Part shown: positions 10,696 to 24,350 of the stretch, in pieces
Layout: the number at the start of each line of letters is the position of its first letter
Position numbering within the stretch: the first letter of the stretch is position 1
Assembly: GCF_009914755.1 (NCBI RefSeq)
Contig: NC_060933.1
Source of the DNA: the human T2T-CHM13v2.0 reference genome, Homo sapiens
Strand: one strand, 5' to 3'
DNA length: 64,000 nucleotides
Notes under the pieces: model-generated
What the model was told of the DNA's origin: nothing
Database searches by the model: none
What the model saw: only the letters and a program-made list of their open reading frames with translations
Translations under genes and position numbers: made by a program

Positions 10696-12475
10696 CGTAT
10701 TTTTGCCATTAGGCATATAAGGGCAACATTTCTTCTGCTAGACCAAATTTTCTGTTTCTCTATCCTTTGGCCAAACTCTATCTGAAAACAATTCATGTGT
10801 TTCATGTGTGATTTTTATAATCAAGGTCAGATCTGACCAAGCAGAGGCACCATATAATCAGGTACATTGGCTCTTTGAGGCCTGCAAAGAACTGTGAGCA
10901 TACAGACTGATCAAACTAGCACCTGAATTAAAACCAAAAGGCAGGAGAACCAGAAGTCTACTTTCATGATGTAAAACCACTTGCTCAAATTAAAAATAAT
11001 TTTTAATGTTTTACAATCATGCAGAAAACTGCAACTGGAGTGGCCAGTCCTCAAAGGACCCTGTCTTGGATGTAGGGAAACAAGAATCTAGATAAGACTT
11101 GAGGCCGATTACGCCATCACCTTCTTAGTTATCAGTACTTGAAGCAAACTTTGTAGCCTCTCACTTCTCTTGACACGACATAATTCTCTTAACCCAACAT
11201 ACTGTTGTTATGAACATCAAACAAAATAAAGCATAGGGGAGTGCTTTGAAATTAGTAAAATACTCTCCATAAATACAAGGTAATGTTATTACTAGTTTTT
11301 ATCTAGGAAAACATTTGCTGGAAAAGAGAAACTTTATCCTGTTTGGAACTTGCCAGCTCATTGTTTAACAATGAGCATTGTAGCATGGTTTGGCTAGGTG
11401 AATTTCACTGCTTTTATTCTGATCAGCCCGTTGACCCCATTTCTAAAAAACTAGCTCCTTTTCTAGGGTCTACTGTATTATATTTATATTATAGTATAAT
11501 ATGGGGTATGAAAGAGAGTGATGGTATTAAGTCACGATAGAAGTGATTTACGATAGATGCTTTCTTGGGTTTTTCCTATACTCCCAGACTTCTATTTTAC
11601 TTATCTGTGGAAGAAGCAATATTTTCTCATATTTGAATTTCTCAGGTTATAAAGAACTATCATGAAATTATATGCACTATACATTTATATAGTAATAAAT
11701 AGACTCTGACCAGATAGCTTGAGTAGTCTGCTAATAATGATACTTAAGAGGCACTCAAACAACTGGAAGAAATCAGCTTAATATTTAAAAATCTATAAAC
11801 ATTTATATATATCGCAATCTGAGTGGTGATGTAGCTGTTAGAGTTAAGCAAAAAATACAAACTATACATTTCGAGAGAAATACAACTTATTACCTTTGAG
11901 TACATAAAACGACTTCTTCCAAATTATAGAACTTGTATATATTCTATTAAATACATTTTTAAAAATCAAATTAGTGATTTGTCATGAGACTTGATATTAC
12001 TAATGTACAGAAGGCATCTTTAAGCAATAAGATAGTCTCCCTAAAGCTTGTATGATATATTATTATTTTGTTCAGTAATTTTTTTCCCCTATAAATAGTA
12101 AAAAGGTTGTATCAGTCCAGCCCACAAGAACTTGTCAAACAATACAAATTTGTTTTTAAGAATATTCCCCCACATATTATTTTTTGTTTTACATATTTAT
12201 AGCCATGTGCCCACTTAATTTTGTGTTTATTTATTTCTCTTCACTGGGAAAAGACAATAGCAGTGGACCATAGCTACCTACTATCTCCAGGGGAAATATG
12301 CATCTATGTCAAATCCATCCTATTGATGTTAGCATAGGCCTCATTTGACCAAAAGAGAGCTGTATTATTTATGAAGACATTTACTATTCCAGAATGTCAA
12401 GAAGTTGCAGAAACATCCAATGAGAGTCAATTTAGCTTTCTGTTTCCTGACTGCAAGTGAACAAACGCTTCTTAC

Positions 12476-12630
12476 CTGCAGTGCACAACCATCGGACCAG
12501 CATCGGGAGGGTTACAGGTTTTGACTCTACGTAAGAAAGCTAGAAAAGGTGTAGGGTGTTCTGGAACACCATGATCAGGCCAGGCGGTGAACTGGAATTG
12601 TCTCACTTCTCTCTTCTCACTTGAACCATT
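12476..12630 (-). CDS. PTPRD: PTPRD coding exon, 155 nt, phase 0 to 2: [51 protein letters not shown](S); WPD loop and catalytic Cys of D1
   Basis: Acceptor ctgatattcctatttcacag|AAT at 12632-12631; donor TGCAG|gtaag at 12475-12474; lies inside ORF 12472..12669(-). Confidence 0.96.
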
Positions 12631-13146
12631 CTGTGAAATAGGAATATCAGCTGAAATTCTGTTTTCCAAGCCTCAGGTGGTAATGATGAATAACAGGGAA
12701 GAGGTAATGCTAAAATGTGCTATTTTAATTCCTTTCTACCACCCTGTAGCCTTTGGGAAGACACACTCTTTGGAAATAGAAACCCCAAGCTATTTGTAAA
12801 TGACAAATATTTGCGCAGGAAGACAAAATTCTTAGGTGAGAAGCATTATATTTTTCAGGTTTAACTACCAGGAGAGCTCCTATCACATTTTACAGGAAGA
12901 GCTAGTTCTTCTTCATCTACTCTTCATTGGCTGAAACTTTCATTTGGAGCAAGAGTTTTATATTTACTGATAAATCGCCAGACAAGAAGAAAAATGGCTG
13001 AGTGATAATGGAAGATCTATTTCATTCTTCACTGTTGCCATTGAGATCAAGATTTAAGTAAAGCCTTAAGAGATTTCATTTCTCAAAAGAAGCTTTCTTT
13101 AAACAATAGAGAAGGGAAAGGGAGGAGAAAAAGATGAAAAGCAAAC

Positions 13147-13266
13147 CTTGTAAAGTGCAAATGTTCGAACACAATATGTGGCCAGCTCCACAGTATCAAG
13201 CAGCGTTACTTGAACGAGTCCGTGGGTTTCTGTGCCTCTGCTAGGCCAATACTGGTCACACTTCAC
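13147..13266 (-). CDS. PTPRD: PTPRD coding exon, 120 nt, phase 0 to 0: [40 protein letters not shown]
   Basis: Read manually because it is not in the ORF track. Acceptor cttgtag|GTG at 13268-13267; donor AAG|gtttgc at 13146-13145; KCxxYWP PTP motif. Confidence 0.95.
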
Positions 13267-16200
13267 CTACAAGAAACAAGTGACACATTCAGGGCAAATG
13301 CTCATCAATTTCTCTATTAACTTTGCTTTGAGTTGCTGTTGAAGGAAAACAGCTTTTCTGCACTTCATTTTATGTTGATCTTTTTCTGGCATGCATTTTT
13401 GTTATCCCAATATATGTAAATTACTGCTCTGATGCCAATATAAACCACATTTTTCAAACTGGTAGGAATACTAAACAGTAACAGATTCAATTTTCCTGGA
13501 GAAAAATAAGTTGCAGATTGTTGCTGGGTAAAATACAGAGAGAGGGATTTGAAACTTCAGTGAGCTTGAAGAGAAAACAAATTTGTCCTGGGATAGACGT
13601 TATGAATCACATCGGGAGGATGACACTTTGTCATTTAAACTACATGGTAAGATAGTGTTACTTCATCAAGATTTAAAAAGCACAACTTCCAAATATGCTT
13701 GTTTAAAGAAAAGTAGAAATAATTGGAAAATCTATCAAAGTATAATAAACAACATAAGCATGTGCTTTTTTTTTGAACACAAGATAAATGTTATTTGTAT
13801 CCAAAGCAAATTAAACCTATAATGTCTGCAGGAAAAAGAGTTGTCTGTTCCTTAAAAAGAGTCTCAGAGGGTCACACACTAACAGTGCAAAGTTTAAATA
13901 ATTTAAAATTCATCCAAGATGAATAATCTACAATTTCTATGTGAAGTGGAACAAAAGCACATAAAAAGTTTTCAGCCTAATTAGTTTAACACACAACAAA
14001 GAATAATTCCAAGTCTGCAGTAAACCTCAAATTCACTGAATGAGTCTGTTGGGCATTAAAAAGTATAATGAAAAGTAACAAACACAGCACAATATTTTTG
14101 GAGTAAGGCCATAGATCTGACTATATTTACCCTTTCTATCTCAGACTTTTTTTTAATGGGACTAATTCTTAAGAGAACCCAACTGAAATACATTTCTCTA
14201 GGTAAAGAAAGCTCCTAGCAGTATTTTACAATAGGGAATACACCTTTCTATTTGAAAAAGAACAGAAAATCACAATCTTTGGATTTAAACAAAGGCAATA
14301 AAGCATTATTATTAGAGACACTAGAATTTTTTGGGTCCAGCAAATAGAATTATTACATAATGATTTGCTTTTATGTTTAATATGAGTATTTGTAACATTC
14401 TGTGAATAATACTGTAATTTTCTCTTTCACAGAGATAGCATTTGCTCCTCTGAGAATTCAGGCTCTTTCCATGAAACTATTGGCCCTTCTAAGAAAGGGA
14501 GAAGTTTTATCCTGTACAGAATTTCCCAGACAAGACAAAAAAGAAAAGCACTTTATAGCTATACAGTAAGCTAGATATTAAATTCACAAGGTTTGATTCC
14601 TATGCCTTGATTTCAACTTTGAGACCACACAAACATCATCTTTTTGATGAAAACAAACAAAAATTGTCCACAGTAAGACAAAAATTTTGCCTTAATAAGA
14701 TGTAAAGAATATTTTGTGTGTTTCCTAGTTGTACAAAATAGCCTTCTGTGTTTTTTATTTCTATCATTTGCCCTGACTCAAAGAGATAACAACATAGGGA
14801 AATGATAATTCTTGAAGGAGAATACTGACGTAGAGTGACCAGGCATGGGCATCTCTATATGTTCTTTCACCATAAGCTAAAACCCAGGTCACAGATGACA
14901 TATTTAGCAAAAGCTACCATCTGAATAGAACCAACACTACTTCAGCAGTCATGATATAGATGAGAAAAAAAAAATTAACAAAAATTATGCCAAAGGCTTT
15001 GTTTTAAACCATGAAATAGATGTCAGGTGGATGTCTCCCAGCAGAGGACAAGAGGAACTCTGGAGGCCTCATATTGTAATATTCAAGAAGATGCCAACAA
15101 TGGGTTGAGTTGAAGATTCAAGAGAGAAACTCAAATTCATCATTTAACAGTCTCAGCTGGAGAGCAACCCTTTCGGTTTAAAATAAACTAATGAAATCCC
15201 TAAGGACAAATATCACTATGATATGCACAAAAACAGCACATTAATGCAACAAAATGATCTATACAGCCAGTTCAATGCACTGAACCAAATTCAATATAAT
15301 TATATTTTAAAACTGGGACTCGATTACATTTAGACCTTCTAGTGAGGTAAGAAAAGGAGATGAAGGAAAGAATGAGAAGGCAACCTTCATACAACTTTTG
15401 GAAAAATGACTCTCCATCTACAAATCTTCTCCATTCCTAAGATGCAGGAAGAACTAAAATTATACTAATCCTTACATTTCTAGTAATAAGTTTCAAACTG
15501 CAACTATTATTGGCTTAGACTCTGACCCCTTTAGAAAAAAAATACCAGGAAGCATTACTGTAAGGAGTAAACGCTGTGAAAATTTCTAGCTAAAAGAAGA
15601 AAAAAGTTGCTTTTGAACAATGCATTTTTAGTATTTACCAAAAGAAAAATAAACATTTCAAACTCAACTGCAAAAATCAGAGGCAATTTTTTAAAGCGGA
15701 TATGTCTAAATATTACCATTTTCTCTCAGGAAATATTTCTCAAAAGGACCTTATGAAAAATAAATATCCTAACGTATGTGGAAATGCACACACATGGCCT
15801 CAGCAGTGGGATTAGAAGCTTTTCCTGAGCTTATCTGAATAGTGACAGCAATACATTTTTCCCTTTGCTGGTAAGCACCTCAGTACTTCCTTTCTCGATC
15901 TCATTCTCTGAGTAGCCTGCACACCTTCATCTGATTTTGGAGGGCTGAATTTAAGGGCTTAGAGTTACTGACAAATATTATTTTAAGTCTCCTTTTTTGC
16001 CATATGCTAAACATATGATTTCTGATTTCAGCATTAGGGAGCAAGTATGAAATGTAGTGAGAAAGAAAAAGGAGAACAATAGAGATATTTTTTCTTTCCT
16101 CATTAGCCAGTATAAATGAACTATCTCCATTTTCCTCTCTTAAAATGTTTTCCTTTGACAACTTTCCTTCCCCTACTCGGTCTTCTTAAGAGAAAATATC

Positions 16201-16439
16201 ATAAGGTATTTCTAGAGAGAGTTACTATTTGTTAGGCTTCACACATAAAGCTGATTGTGAGATGAGAAATGAAGGCAGCTCCCTTTGAGTACATAAGAAC
16301 TAGAAGGCAGGAGCTACTGAATACGAATACGGTTTTTTGCCTTTTTCTATTTGATTTAGAATGGATACAAGCGGCCTCTAGGACTGATTCATGGAAGGTC
16401 AGGCAGAGTCTCCCTGGATGCCTGGAAAATTGTTTCTCT

Positions 16440-16600
16440 GTTTCCAGGACCAAAGTCTGGCCGCCTCATCTGTGAAATGGGAACAGTGTCTCCAGCATTA
16501 CAGAGCTATTGTGGGGATTGAAGTGATGCCCCTAAAACACTTAACCCAAATGGCTGGCACAAACAGGCATTCAACAAACACTAGCTATCATTGGTTATCA
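16440..16600 (+). mobile_element. MIR SINE 3' part
   Basis: cctcatctgtgaaatggg...ctattgtggggattgaagtga...tggcacaaacaggcattcaacaaacactagcta. Confidence 0.65.
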
Positions 16601-19600
16601 GTTTGATGACATTCTGGATTTTTGTGTGTGGGGGGTTGTTGTTATAAATTACCTAAATCAGTCTAAATGTGAAAAAAAAGAACATGTTATTAATTTCAGC
16701 AGATACTGATTTAGGATTTTCTAGGTGCAAAGCAAGGTGTTAGCAGTTGTGGGGCATCAAGGTGACATAAGACCCAGTCCCTGCCCTCAATCCATTAGCC
16801 TTACTGACTAAGTGGGGTGTTTCTAAACCTCCTTGTTCTTCAAATAGGTGGTTCTGAGATTCCAAACAATTCTCTTCATCTATGTGGGCCCCAATGTCTT
16901 CTGAAAAGAGTATGTGTTCAACTCAGAGGTGGAAAAGAAGAACAGCAGAACTTGTCACTCAGGCTGTGGTTTAGAAACATCACCCAGTAACTTTACTTGA
17001 AGCTTAAACTGAGACAGTTCAGATTTTTGGCTAAATTTGCGGGAGGCATTTCTTTTCATTATCACAAAGTTATTACCCTTAAGTGGAGCTTTCATTTTTC
17101 TATAATTACGGAAAGAACAGGGTGACCATTGCTAAATTTATGCAATGGAATTAATTTATTTTACCTTTTTCATGACAAACTATCAAAATCAAGTTGATGG
17201 AATAATAAAACATATTTAAATTTATTTTTAAAACTCTTGTCATTGCAAATATCTGGTAGGAGCTGATCCATTAGGTCTGCTGAACATGCTTTGGGAGAAG
17301 GGCTCTCGTTCTAGGCTATTTTTACTCCCATATGGCTTACCTTGGGAGTGCTCAGCATATTGTAGGCACTTAATGAGCGGTAGCCAACTTTATAATCAAT
17401 TAACTAGATTGGCTTATTTTTAAATTGTCTACCACTTTCTGAAAACAAAACCTCCTCATCTCAATTTAATAAAGACTTACTGAGCATGGCAACATGGCAA
17501 GGCATCAGAATTCCAACTGTAACAAACTGATACCTTGAAAGGGTTCTAGCATTGCTAATCCAAAACGTATTTGCCACGAGATTATTTAGCCAAAGAAGGA
17601 CTTAGAAGAGGCAATAAATGATACGTGGGATACCATAACTATTGCTAAAAGTGACTCTAAATTCGTACCTAGTAAGTTTGGGCAGAGTGGTTGTTCAAGC
17701 ATTAGTATCCTGTAAGGAATGGACAAACAGGCTAACATTAGATAACACAAGTCACAGTTATTTTTGGGAGTAAGGAAATGTTGGTACCCTTTTGTCAATA
17801 CCCATTTAATGAGGGAGACTATAATAAAGGAAAGTTTTAGATAAATTTCATTAATTTTAGTGGGCAGAAAAAATAAATGCTGAACTATTTATTTCTACAG
17901 GTTATAGTAACTATTCTGGAAATTTTTAAGACCAGATTGAATACTTGATTTTCCACGATAAGGACAGAGAGCATCTCAGTGATTCTCTTTTAACAACAGT
18001 GTAGTTCTCTGCACTCAATCAATATTTGGCTATATCTATTCCCAACTGGCAGTCAGTCTGGTTTGTGTATTCCCCCATTTTATTATATCTTTACTAATCA
18101 CTATTTAGTGGAGGACAAAGAGGCACTACAATATTTGAAATGAGAGTGATATTAAAGCATTTGACCACCAGTGCAGCTTTTCATATATACAGCCATAAAG
18201 TTGAAAAATATTATTCTCAAAATAAACCAAATTACATGTCATAAAATTGCCTACCAGTTCATTGAACCATTCGCACACTTTCTAAACTGCTTATTAACTT
18301 TAAAAAAGTTATTCCCTTTTGTTTGATGTGTCTGCCAGAAGTTGACATAGGGAGCTGCCGTAAACTTTTCCAATGACTTCCCCCATTAAACTGAAAGTCA
18401 TTAAGTCTCAAGTTTCTGGCACTTTGTCCTAACCAGAGCAGAACTGTGTGAGGTGCCTCTTTCTCGTGGCCAAGTAGCACTTTGATATCAGCTCTTCCCA
18501 CATGAGGTGGGTCCTCAGAGTATCCACCTCAGACCTAATCACTCCTGAGGATCACCTGGGTGCCCCACATAGCCCTACAGCCACCTCTGCTTCTGCCTTG
18601 GTCTGCCCAGCAGTTGCCTTTGACTCCAGTGTCACCTCTTCCAAACAGTATCATTAGATGACTCAATGTTTCAATAAAAATATAATTTATAGGTACCAGC
18701 CAGCATCAATGCAGTTCAATATTTTAACAACCAGTACAACTATGTTGGGTATTTACCAGTTGAACATCAGCCTTTCCAGACATTCTGCTGATAAAGAACA
18801 GAGAAAAACCAAACATTGGACCCTAAACACTAGTAAACAGAGATTAACACATACTTCTGAAAACTTTAGAAATGAGACCTAATCCAGCACAGGAGAACCA
18901 CAGACATGAATGCAGAGAATGAGAGAGGCTTTGTACAAAGTCATCAGGAGCAAAGTTGCATCTCCTCCTCCCATTCCAGCTCTTTACTCAGGTCATCAGG
19001 ACTCTAACTGGCTTTAAGAGGAATGCTTTGAGCCAGAATCTGTCAGCTGCCTTTCTAAGTAGAGCAGGTGGGGTGGGGAAAGAAGGTAGATAATCCAGAA
19101 AGCTAACAAACAGCAAGAAATTGGTGGGATTCTTTCTCTTTTATCTGACGCTGTGTCTGCTGACAAGAGAAAACCAAAAGTGTAGAACTTTCTAGATAAG
19201 GACCCCAACATCCTTTAGATTGCCAACATGAGCATCATTCTTTTTGTTGCCAGCGTCCTATTTACATTAAGTATCCACCACTTTCAAAAACAATCCCATA
19301 CATCATGCAGACTCCAAAGGCAATGTTTGTGCTGCTGGTCCTAAAGTTGCTTAAGGAAAAAAGCAGTTTCTGTTGCCCTAGATAGGCAGCACTTTAGGCT
19401 GCAGTTTGAGAAATTAAATGTTCACGGCCTTTGGCGCTTCCAGTTCCATTTGGAAAAGGACACAAACCTGGCATTTGGAAAGCATTTGCTCTCCATTAAA
19501 CTTACCGAACCTTGACAAACCAGAAGGGCCAAGAATTAGTCTGCCACTGGCCAAGGCTGGACTTTCCAAAACTGATAACAGCAATGAAAACAATAGCACT

Positions 19601-21063
19601 GCCATTTATAATCTTCAATGGGATTCTGTCAAATTTTAACCCAAAAGGATCTCACAATCTGAAAAGAATCTCAAGCTTTGTTTTATAGGAAAAGAAGAAA
19701 ATGTTTGAGCACAATCTCTTTTTCTACTGCTTCATGCTCAGAATTGCCCTTTTAGCCATAGAACAAAATGTGAATGTCTCCACCTCACCTTCACTTTGTG
19801 CTAGGGTAAGTTTACTAAGGTGACATTCAAGGACTGGGGAAGACATAGGAGGAGGAGTGAGTGGTCATTAGGTCAGAAGTGTTCCACCAGCCAAATGTCA
19901 AGTTCCCTAAACTGTTAACAAAGTGAAGTTAACACCAGCCCAGTCTCTTTGGCCCTGACAGCATCTAACCTGCATTCATTAGCACAAACCACAAAATTTA
20001 GTAGGGCAGGAATTTTCCCATTCTTTGGCCTAAGATAGAACTCAAGTCACGATGCACAAAACATTTGATCTGCTTTACTAATATATGGCATCATCTGGTT
20101 TGTATGATTCCCTATTTGGAAACAGAAAATGGGACTTAAGATAGCTTGGAAACCAAGAATTAGGATTCTTCATTTCTAGCCCTATATTTTCACTACTAAT
20201 TGGCACAGCCCACATTGGATTACAATAAAAATCATGACTGATTTGTTAAGTGTCAAAATTTCACTCCCCATCTCCAACATTTATAACGCTAAGTACATTT
20301 ACAAACAGCTCTTTAAGTGAATCAACCCCCACTATAAAGCTTGCAAGACAAGATAAACATTGAGTCTCTACTATGGGCAAGGAATGAAGGCAAGCTGGTG
20401 AGGTGAAGTAAAAGTCAGATATATTCTAACCCTGACTAAGCCTTTCAACTGCTAATACTAATCAGGGTTACTCAAGAATTTTCTAAGCATGAGGTTGATG
20501 CATTCTCTCTGTGTTCTGTATTTCAAGATGGGAGACAGAGTAGGAGAGAAACAGTCAAGAGAAGATAGATGAAGGGAAAAAGGTGAACACTCACACACTA
20601 AATAATAATTTAATATACACTTACTTAAAAAAGCAGATGAATCCTACCTCGGAGATGCCAATTCTGCAAGCAAGGCTGCCAATCATGTGCCCCAGTCATC
20701 AAAAATAATATCCTTGGAGTGGAAATCCCAGCTGTATACATTTTACTTTCCCTACAAAATGCTTCATTTTTTCCAAACAGTTTCCTCCTTCCATGTGGTT
20801 GCCCAGACCAATTCGTGTGCTTATTGGCATGTTATGAAACATGGAAACAATTAGAAACCACATTCTAGGGAACTAGAATGACTTGCTACAGAATCAATGA
20901 ACTACGCAAAACTTGAGAGGATTTGGCAATAAAGATGGAAACTAGGGAAAAAAAACCACTAACAGTATTTCATATTACACAGTACATTCTACAACAGCTT
21001 TAAACTGATCTGTGTGTTTCAGCAGAACTCATGCTTTCCCTTCAAAATCTCCAGCTTCTATCA

Positions 21064-21365
21064 TTGTTTTTTTGTTTTTGTTTTGAGATGGAGTTTCACT
21101 CTTGTTGCCCAGGCTGGAGTACAATGGTGCAATCTTGGCCCACCACAACCTCTGTCTCCCGGGTCAAGCGATTCTCCTGCCTCCGCCTCCTGAGTAGCTG
21201 GGATTACAGGCGTGTGCCATTATACCTGGCCAATTTTGTATTTTTAGTAGAGATGGGGTTTTTCCTTGTTGGTCACGCTGGTCTCGAACTCCTGACCTCA
21301 GGTGATCTGCCCGCCTTGGCCTCTCAAAACGCTGAGATTACAGGCGTGAGCCACCGCACCTGGCC
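21064..21365 (-). mobile_element. Full-length Alu (AluS, Sp/Sq-like)
   Basis: T-rich tail followed by gagatggagtttcactcttgttgcccaggctggagtacaatgg ... gtgagccaccgcacctggcc. Confidence 0.95.
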
Positions 21366-21783
21366 CGTTGTCTTTGTATTTCTTTATATACCCTAATGAA
21401 ACTCATATGAAATATTCAACTTATACTTTTCCTTCAGGGTTGATAGCTGAATGTATACACCAGGCAAAGAGTCTTCTCAGTTAAGATTGGAATTCTTTAA
21501 AGGCCACATTTGAAGGGAAGTAATAGCATTTGAAAATCAAAGAACTCATGTTTTCAAATAATCAACTTAAGTCCTAAGTCATAGTTCACACTTATAAGGG
21601 TTTCTTTAGCCATGCAAACACTAAGAATGATCAGTTCTCAAAACAGATGCTAGTGAAACTTCTAATACCTGCTAAGGAATCCAGAAGCCTTTTGTCTCAG
21701 TGAGCTGTTCTAACTCACCAAAGGTATTAATACAAGCGCTGTTGATAAACCTCAGACCTGAGCGACAGCTTAAGAGTGAGCCA

Positions 21784-22070
21784 GCCAGGCACGGGCTGGC
21801 TCAAGCCTGCAGTCCAAACACTTTGGGGGGCCAAGGTGGAAGGACTGCTTCAGGCCAGGAGTTTGAGACCAGCCTGGGCAAAAAAGTGAGACTCTGTCTC
21901 TACAAAATCTAAAAATTAGCTGGGGGTGGGTGCTGTGCACCTGTAGTCCCTGCTGTTCAGGCAGGATTGCTTGAGCCCAGAAATGTTAGATTACAGTGAA
22001 CTATGACCACACCACTGCACTGCAGCCTGGACAACAGAGTAAGACTCTGTCTCTAAAAGAAAAACAAAAA
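21784..22070 (+). mobile_element. Alu (AluJ-like)
   Basis: gccaggcacgggctggctcaagcctg ... gactctgtctct plus A-rich tail; degenerate TSD gagtgagcca / gagtgaacca. Confidence 0.9.
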
Positions 22071-22589
22071 CGAGTGAACCAGGCTGTGGCAAAACAGAAC
22101 GCTTGAAAAGAGAGATGGGCTCTAAGGCAGGACAATTTCGTAGCACCATAAAATAACCAAAAAAGGGGAGAGGGGATGTAAAACTGAACAATAAGGAAAC
22201 GTATCTTCAGTGGCACTTATCACTACATGTAACCCATGTCTATATCACTTATGATTTTCATGTTGTATTATAGTCAATGTAGCAGCCGGAATGTTCTATT
22301 TTGGTCTGTTCCCCGGCTGATCTCTATTCTGGAGATCCTGTCCTGGGGGAGAGCAAGTAGGAAAGAATCCCATGGTCTGAGCTCCTCTCTCCTCTTGAAT
22401 AAAATGCATGGGTGTGCCACACTGGGAAACGTGGGCATAATTAACCATGTTCAGGGACATGGAGAGGTTGGTCAGGATTCATCGTCAACCATAGAGAAAT
22501 AAACTCTTTTCATTTGGGAACACAGAGTGAATTATTTGGAGGCTATCTTTTGGGGAAACTGAAGTTGTCACTGTAAAGCCCCCAACTTC

Positions 22590-22790
22590 TTTACCAAACA
22601 ATACCATTTGAGACTCACTGAGCCACCTTGCCACATCCTTTATCTCAGTCAATACCCACAATAACCCTTCCGCATAATCCAAAAAAGGAAAAATGAGAAT
22701 TTGAGGAGTCAAGTAAACTTGCTCATTGTCACACAGCTAGTAGAGGCTAGAGTTGGTATTTGAACTCAGACATCTGACTGCAAAGTGCCC
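22590..22790 (-). mobile_element. MIR SINE
   Basis: gtcaagtaaacttgctcattgtcacacagctagtagaggctagagttggtatttgaactcagacatctgactgcaaag. Confidence 0.65.
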
Positions 22791-24154
22791 TACTTGGAAC
22801 TGTCCCATAGCTGTCCTCTCTCATGGTGGTATCCCCATGCAGTCCTGCGTAATATCAAGCTATCTTCTCTTCTCTTTCCTTTTCTCCCCTCTTCCCTGCT
22901 GCAAATCTATGGTCAGTGGCAGTCTAGCATACTTCTAATTCACAGCAGCATTTACAAGACGCACACATATTTTCTTCATGTACCATAGGAATGAATATTA
23001 TTTTAAGAACCTGAGCCTTAATCTAAATAATGACATTTCAAGCTTCAGCTCTTGGAGAGGTAATTTGTTTACGTTACCTGGACTACCTCCCTTTATGAGG
23101 AAGACTGGTGCCACTTCCCTTCATAGGGCCAGGCTAGTTCCAATGTCTGCTTTGAAGTTGGCTGCTGGGAATTGAAAATTCACTGAGTCCCAAGGTCAGC
23201 CCACAGAACCCACCACGTTCCTGAAGTCTGGAGCTATAGATTTCACTAACAACTCACCCCTAGTTATAACATTGTTTTTATAGTGAAAGCCAATTCCAGC
23301 TCTTGTTTGGGAATCCAGGAATGCCTTCTCCTTTCTTCCCGCTACTTTAGGTAAAAGAGCAACTGGATAGGGAAAGGGTGAGATGGGAATGATGGGAGGG
23401 AGGAAGACGGAAGAGCAGATGAAATAATATGAGGCTCCAGTGCTTTGTTAAATCTCTCCAGGACATGTGGTCATTTAGTCCCAAGTGTTCTGGACTGGAG
23501 AACAAAGGACTTTTGGGCCTTGGGGTCCAGGGCTCATGTGTATTGTCAGATTGGTGGTGGCTGAGACTCCCCAAATGCCTATTGGCTTATGCAGGTCATC
23601 ACAAATCTGGGTACAGGCTGAACCACCACAGAATAAAAATCACAAGACAGCATTTTAATTGGCTTCCTTAGGCCATTTAACAAAGGAGAAAGCTAACTTG
23701 CAAGAGCAAAGAGTAATTAATGAAGGGAGCAAACAGAGGTTCATTTAGTAACTTCCAAATAAGTTCCTCTGGCTGAGGGGAGTTGGGGGAGAAGGTAGCC
23801 TGCAACAGAAAGATAAACTGTAGGTATTTAAGTCACAATGCCTTCCGCCAAGAACTGCTCATTACCATCAGATGTTGCAGTGGCAGTGGGGCCAGTTAGA
23901 ACTAACTTTATTATTAGAAGCAATTAGGGAGAAAAGGGGCAGAATTTCATTTGGTTATTTCAAAACAAGTTTCTGTGCACAGTTTAATGAAGGCCTGCAG
24001 TGTCAAGATAAAATGTGTGTTTTACTGAAAACAGCTTTTGCAAATGACTGCTTGTTACCAGCAGTTATCTCCAGGCAGAACAGACTGGGTAGGTTGGATT
24101 TACATGCATGCCGTAATATAATAGTTCAGCTGTCTCAGTTTCACAGAAGTGTCA

Positions 24155-24350
24155 ACAGGCAGTATGGCTTGATGGTGAAGCACGTGTGTTCTGGAGCCAG
24201 ACTGTCTGTCTTCAATTCCTATCCCTGACCTTGGTAGCTGAATGACCTTGGGCAAAGCTTCTGTAATGTTCTGGGCCCCAGTATACTCATATGTAAACTG
24301 GAGGTCACAGTAGTGTTTCTTGTAAAGGGCTGTTATGAAATATCAATGCA
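24155..24350 (+). mobile_element. MIR SINE
   Basis: ggcagtatggcttgatggtgaagcacgtgtgttctggagccagactg...tgaccttgggcaa. Confidence 0.7.

Noticed and set aside
10337-10805. ORFs with YVCM/YLSI/THTH repeats; also the SL-rich ORFs at 51331-51629 and FL-rich ORFs at 57683-58018
   Set aside because: They are artefacts of microsatellite and low-complexity DNA.
12631-12669. Intron-derived extensions of the exon ORFs ([13 protein letters not shown], and similar at 25948-26011 and 41201-41263) as alternative N-termini
   Set aside because: They are open reading through polypyrimidine tracts and branch points; the canonical acceptors explain the coding part.
18503-18531. 10-bp hairpin TGAGGTGGGT...ATCCACCTCA as a pre-miRNA
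   Set aside because: The stem is far too short for a Drosha substrate.
21031-21396. 121-aa ORF, and similar ORFs at 47866-48243, 28633-28860, 37589-37831 and 58291-58788
   Set aside because: These are translations of Alu sequence (e.g. [15 protein letters not shown]), not genes.
23872-24228. 118-aa ORF (also 26083-26424, 27538-27840, 57191-57490)
   Set aside because: No recognisable domain or exon structure; lengths are expected by chance in 64 kb; the first runs into a MIR.
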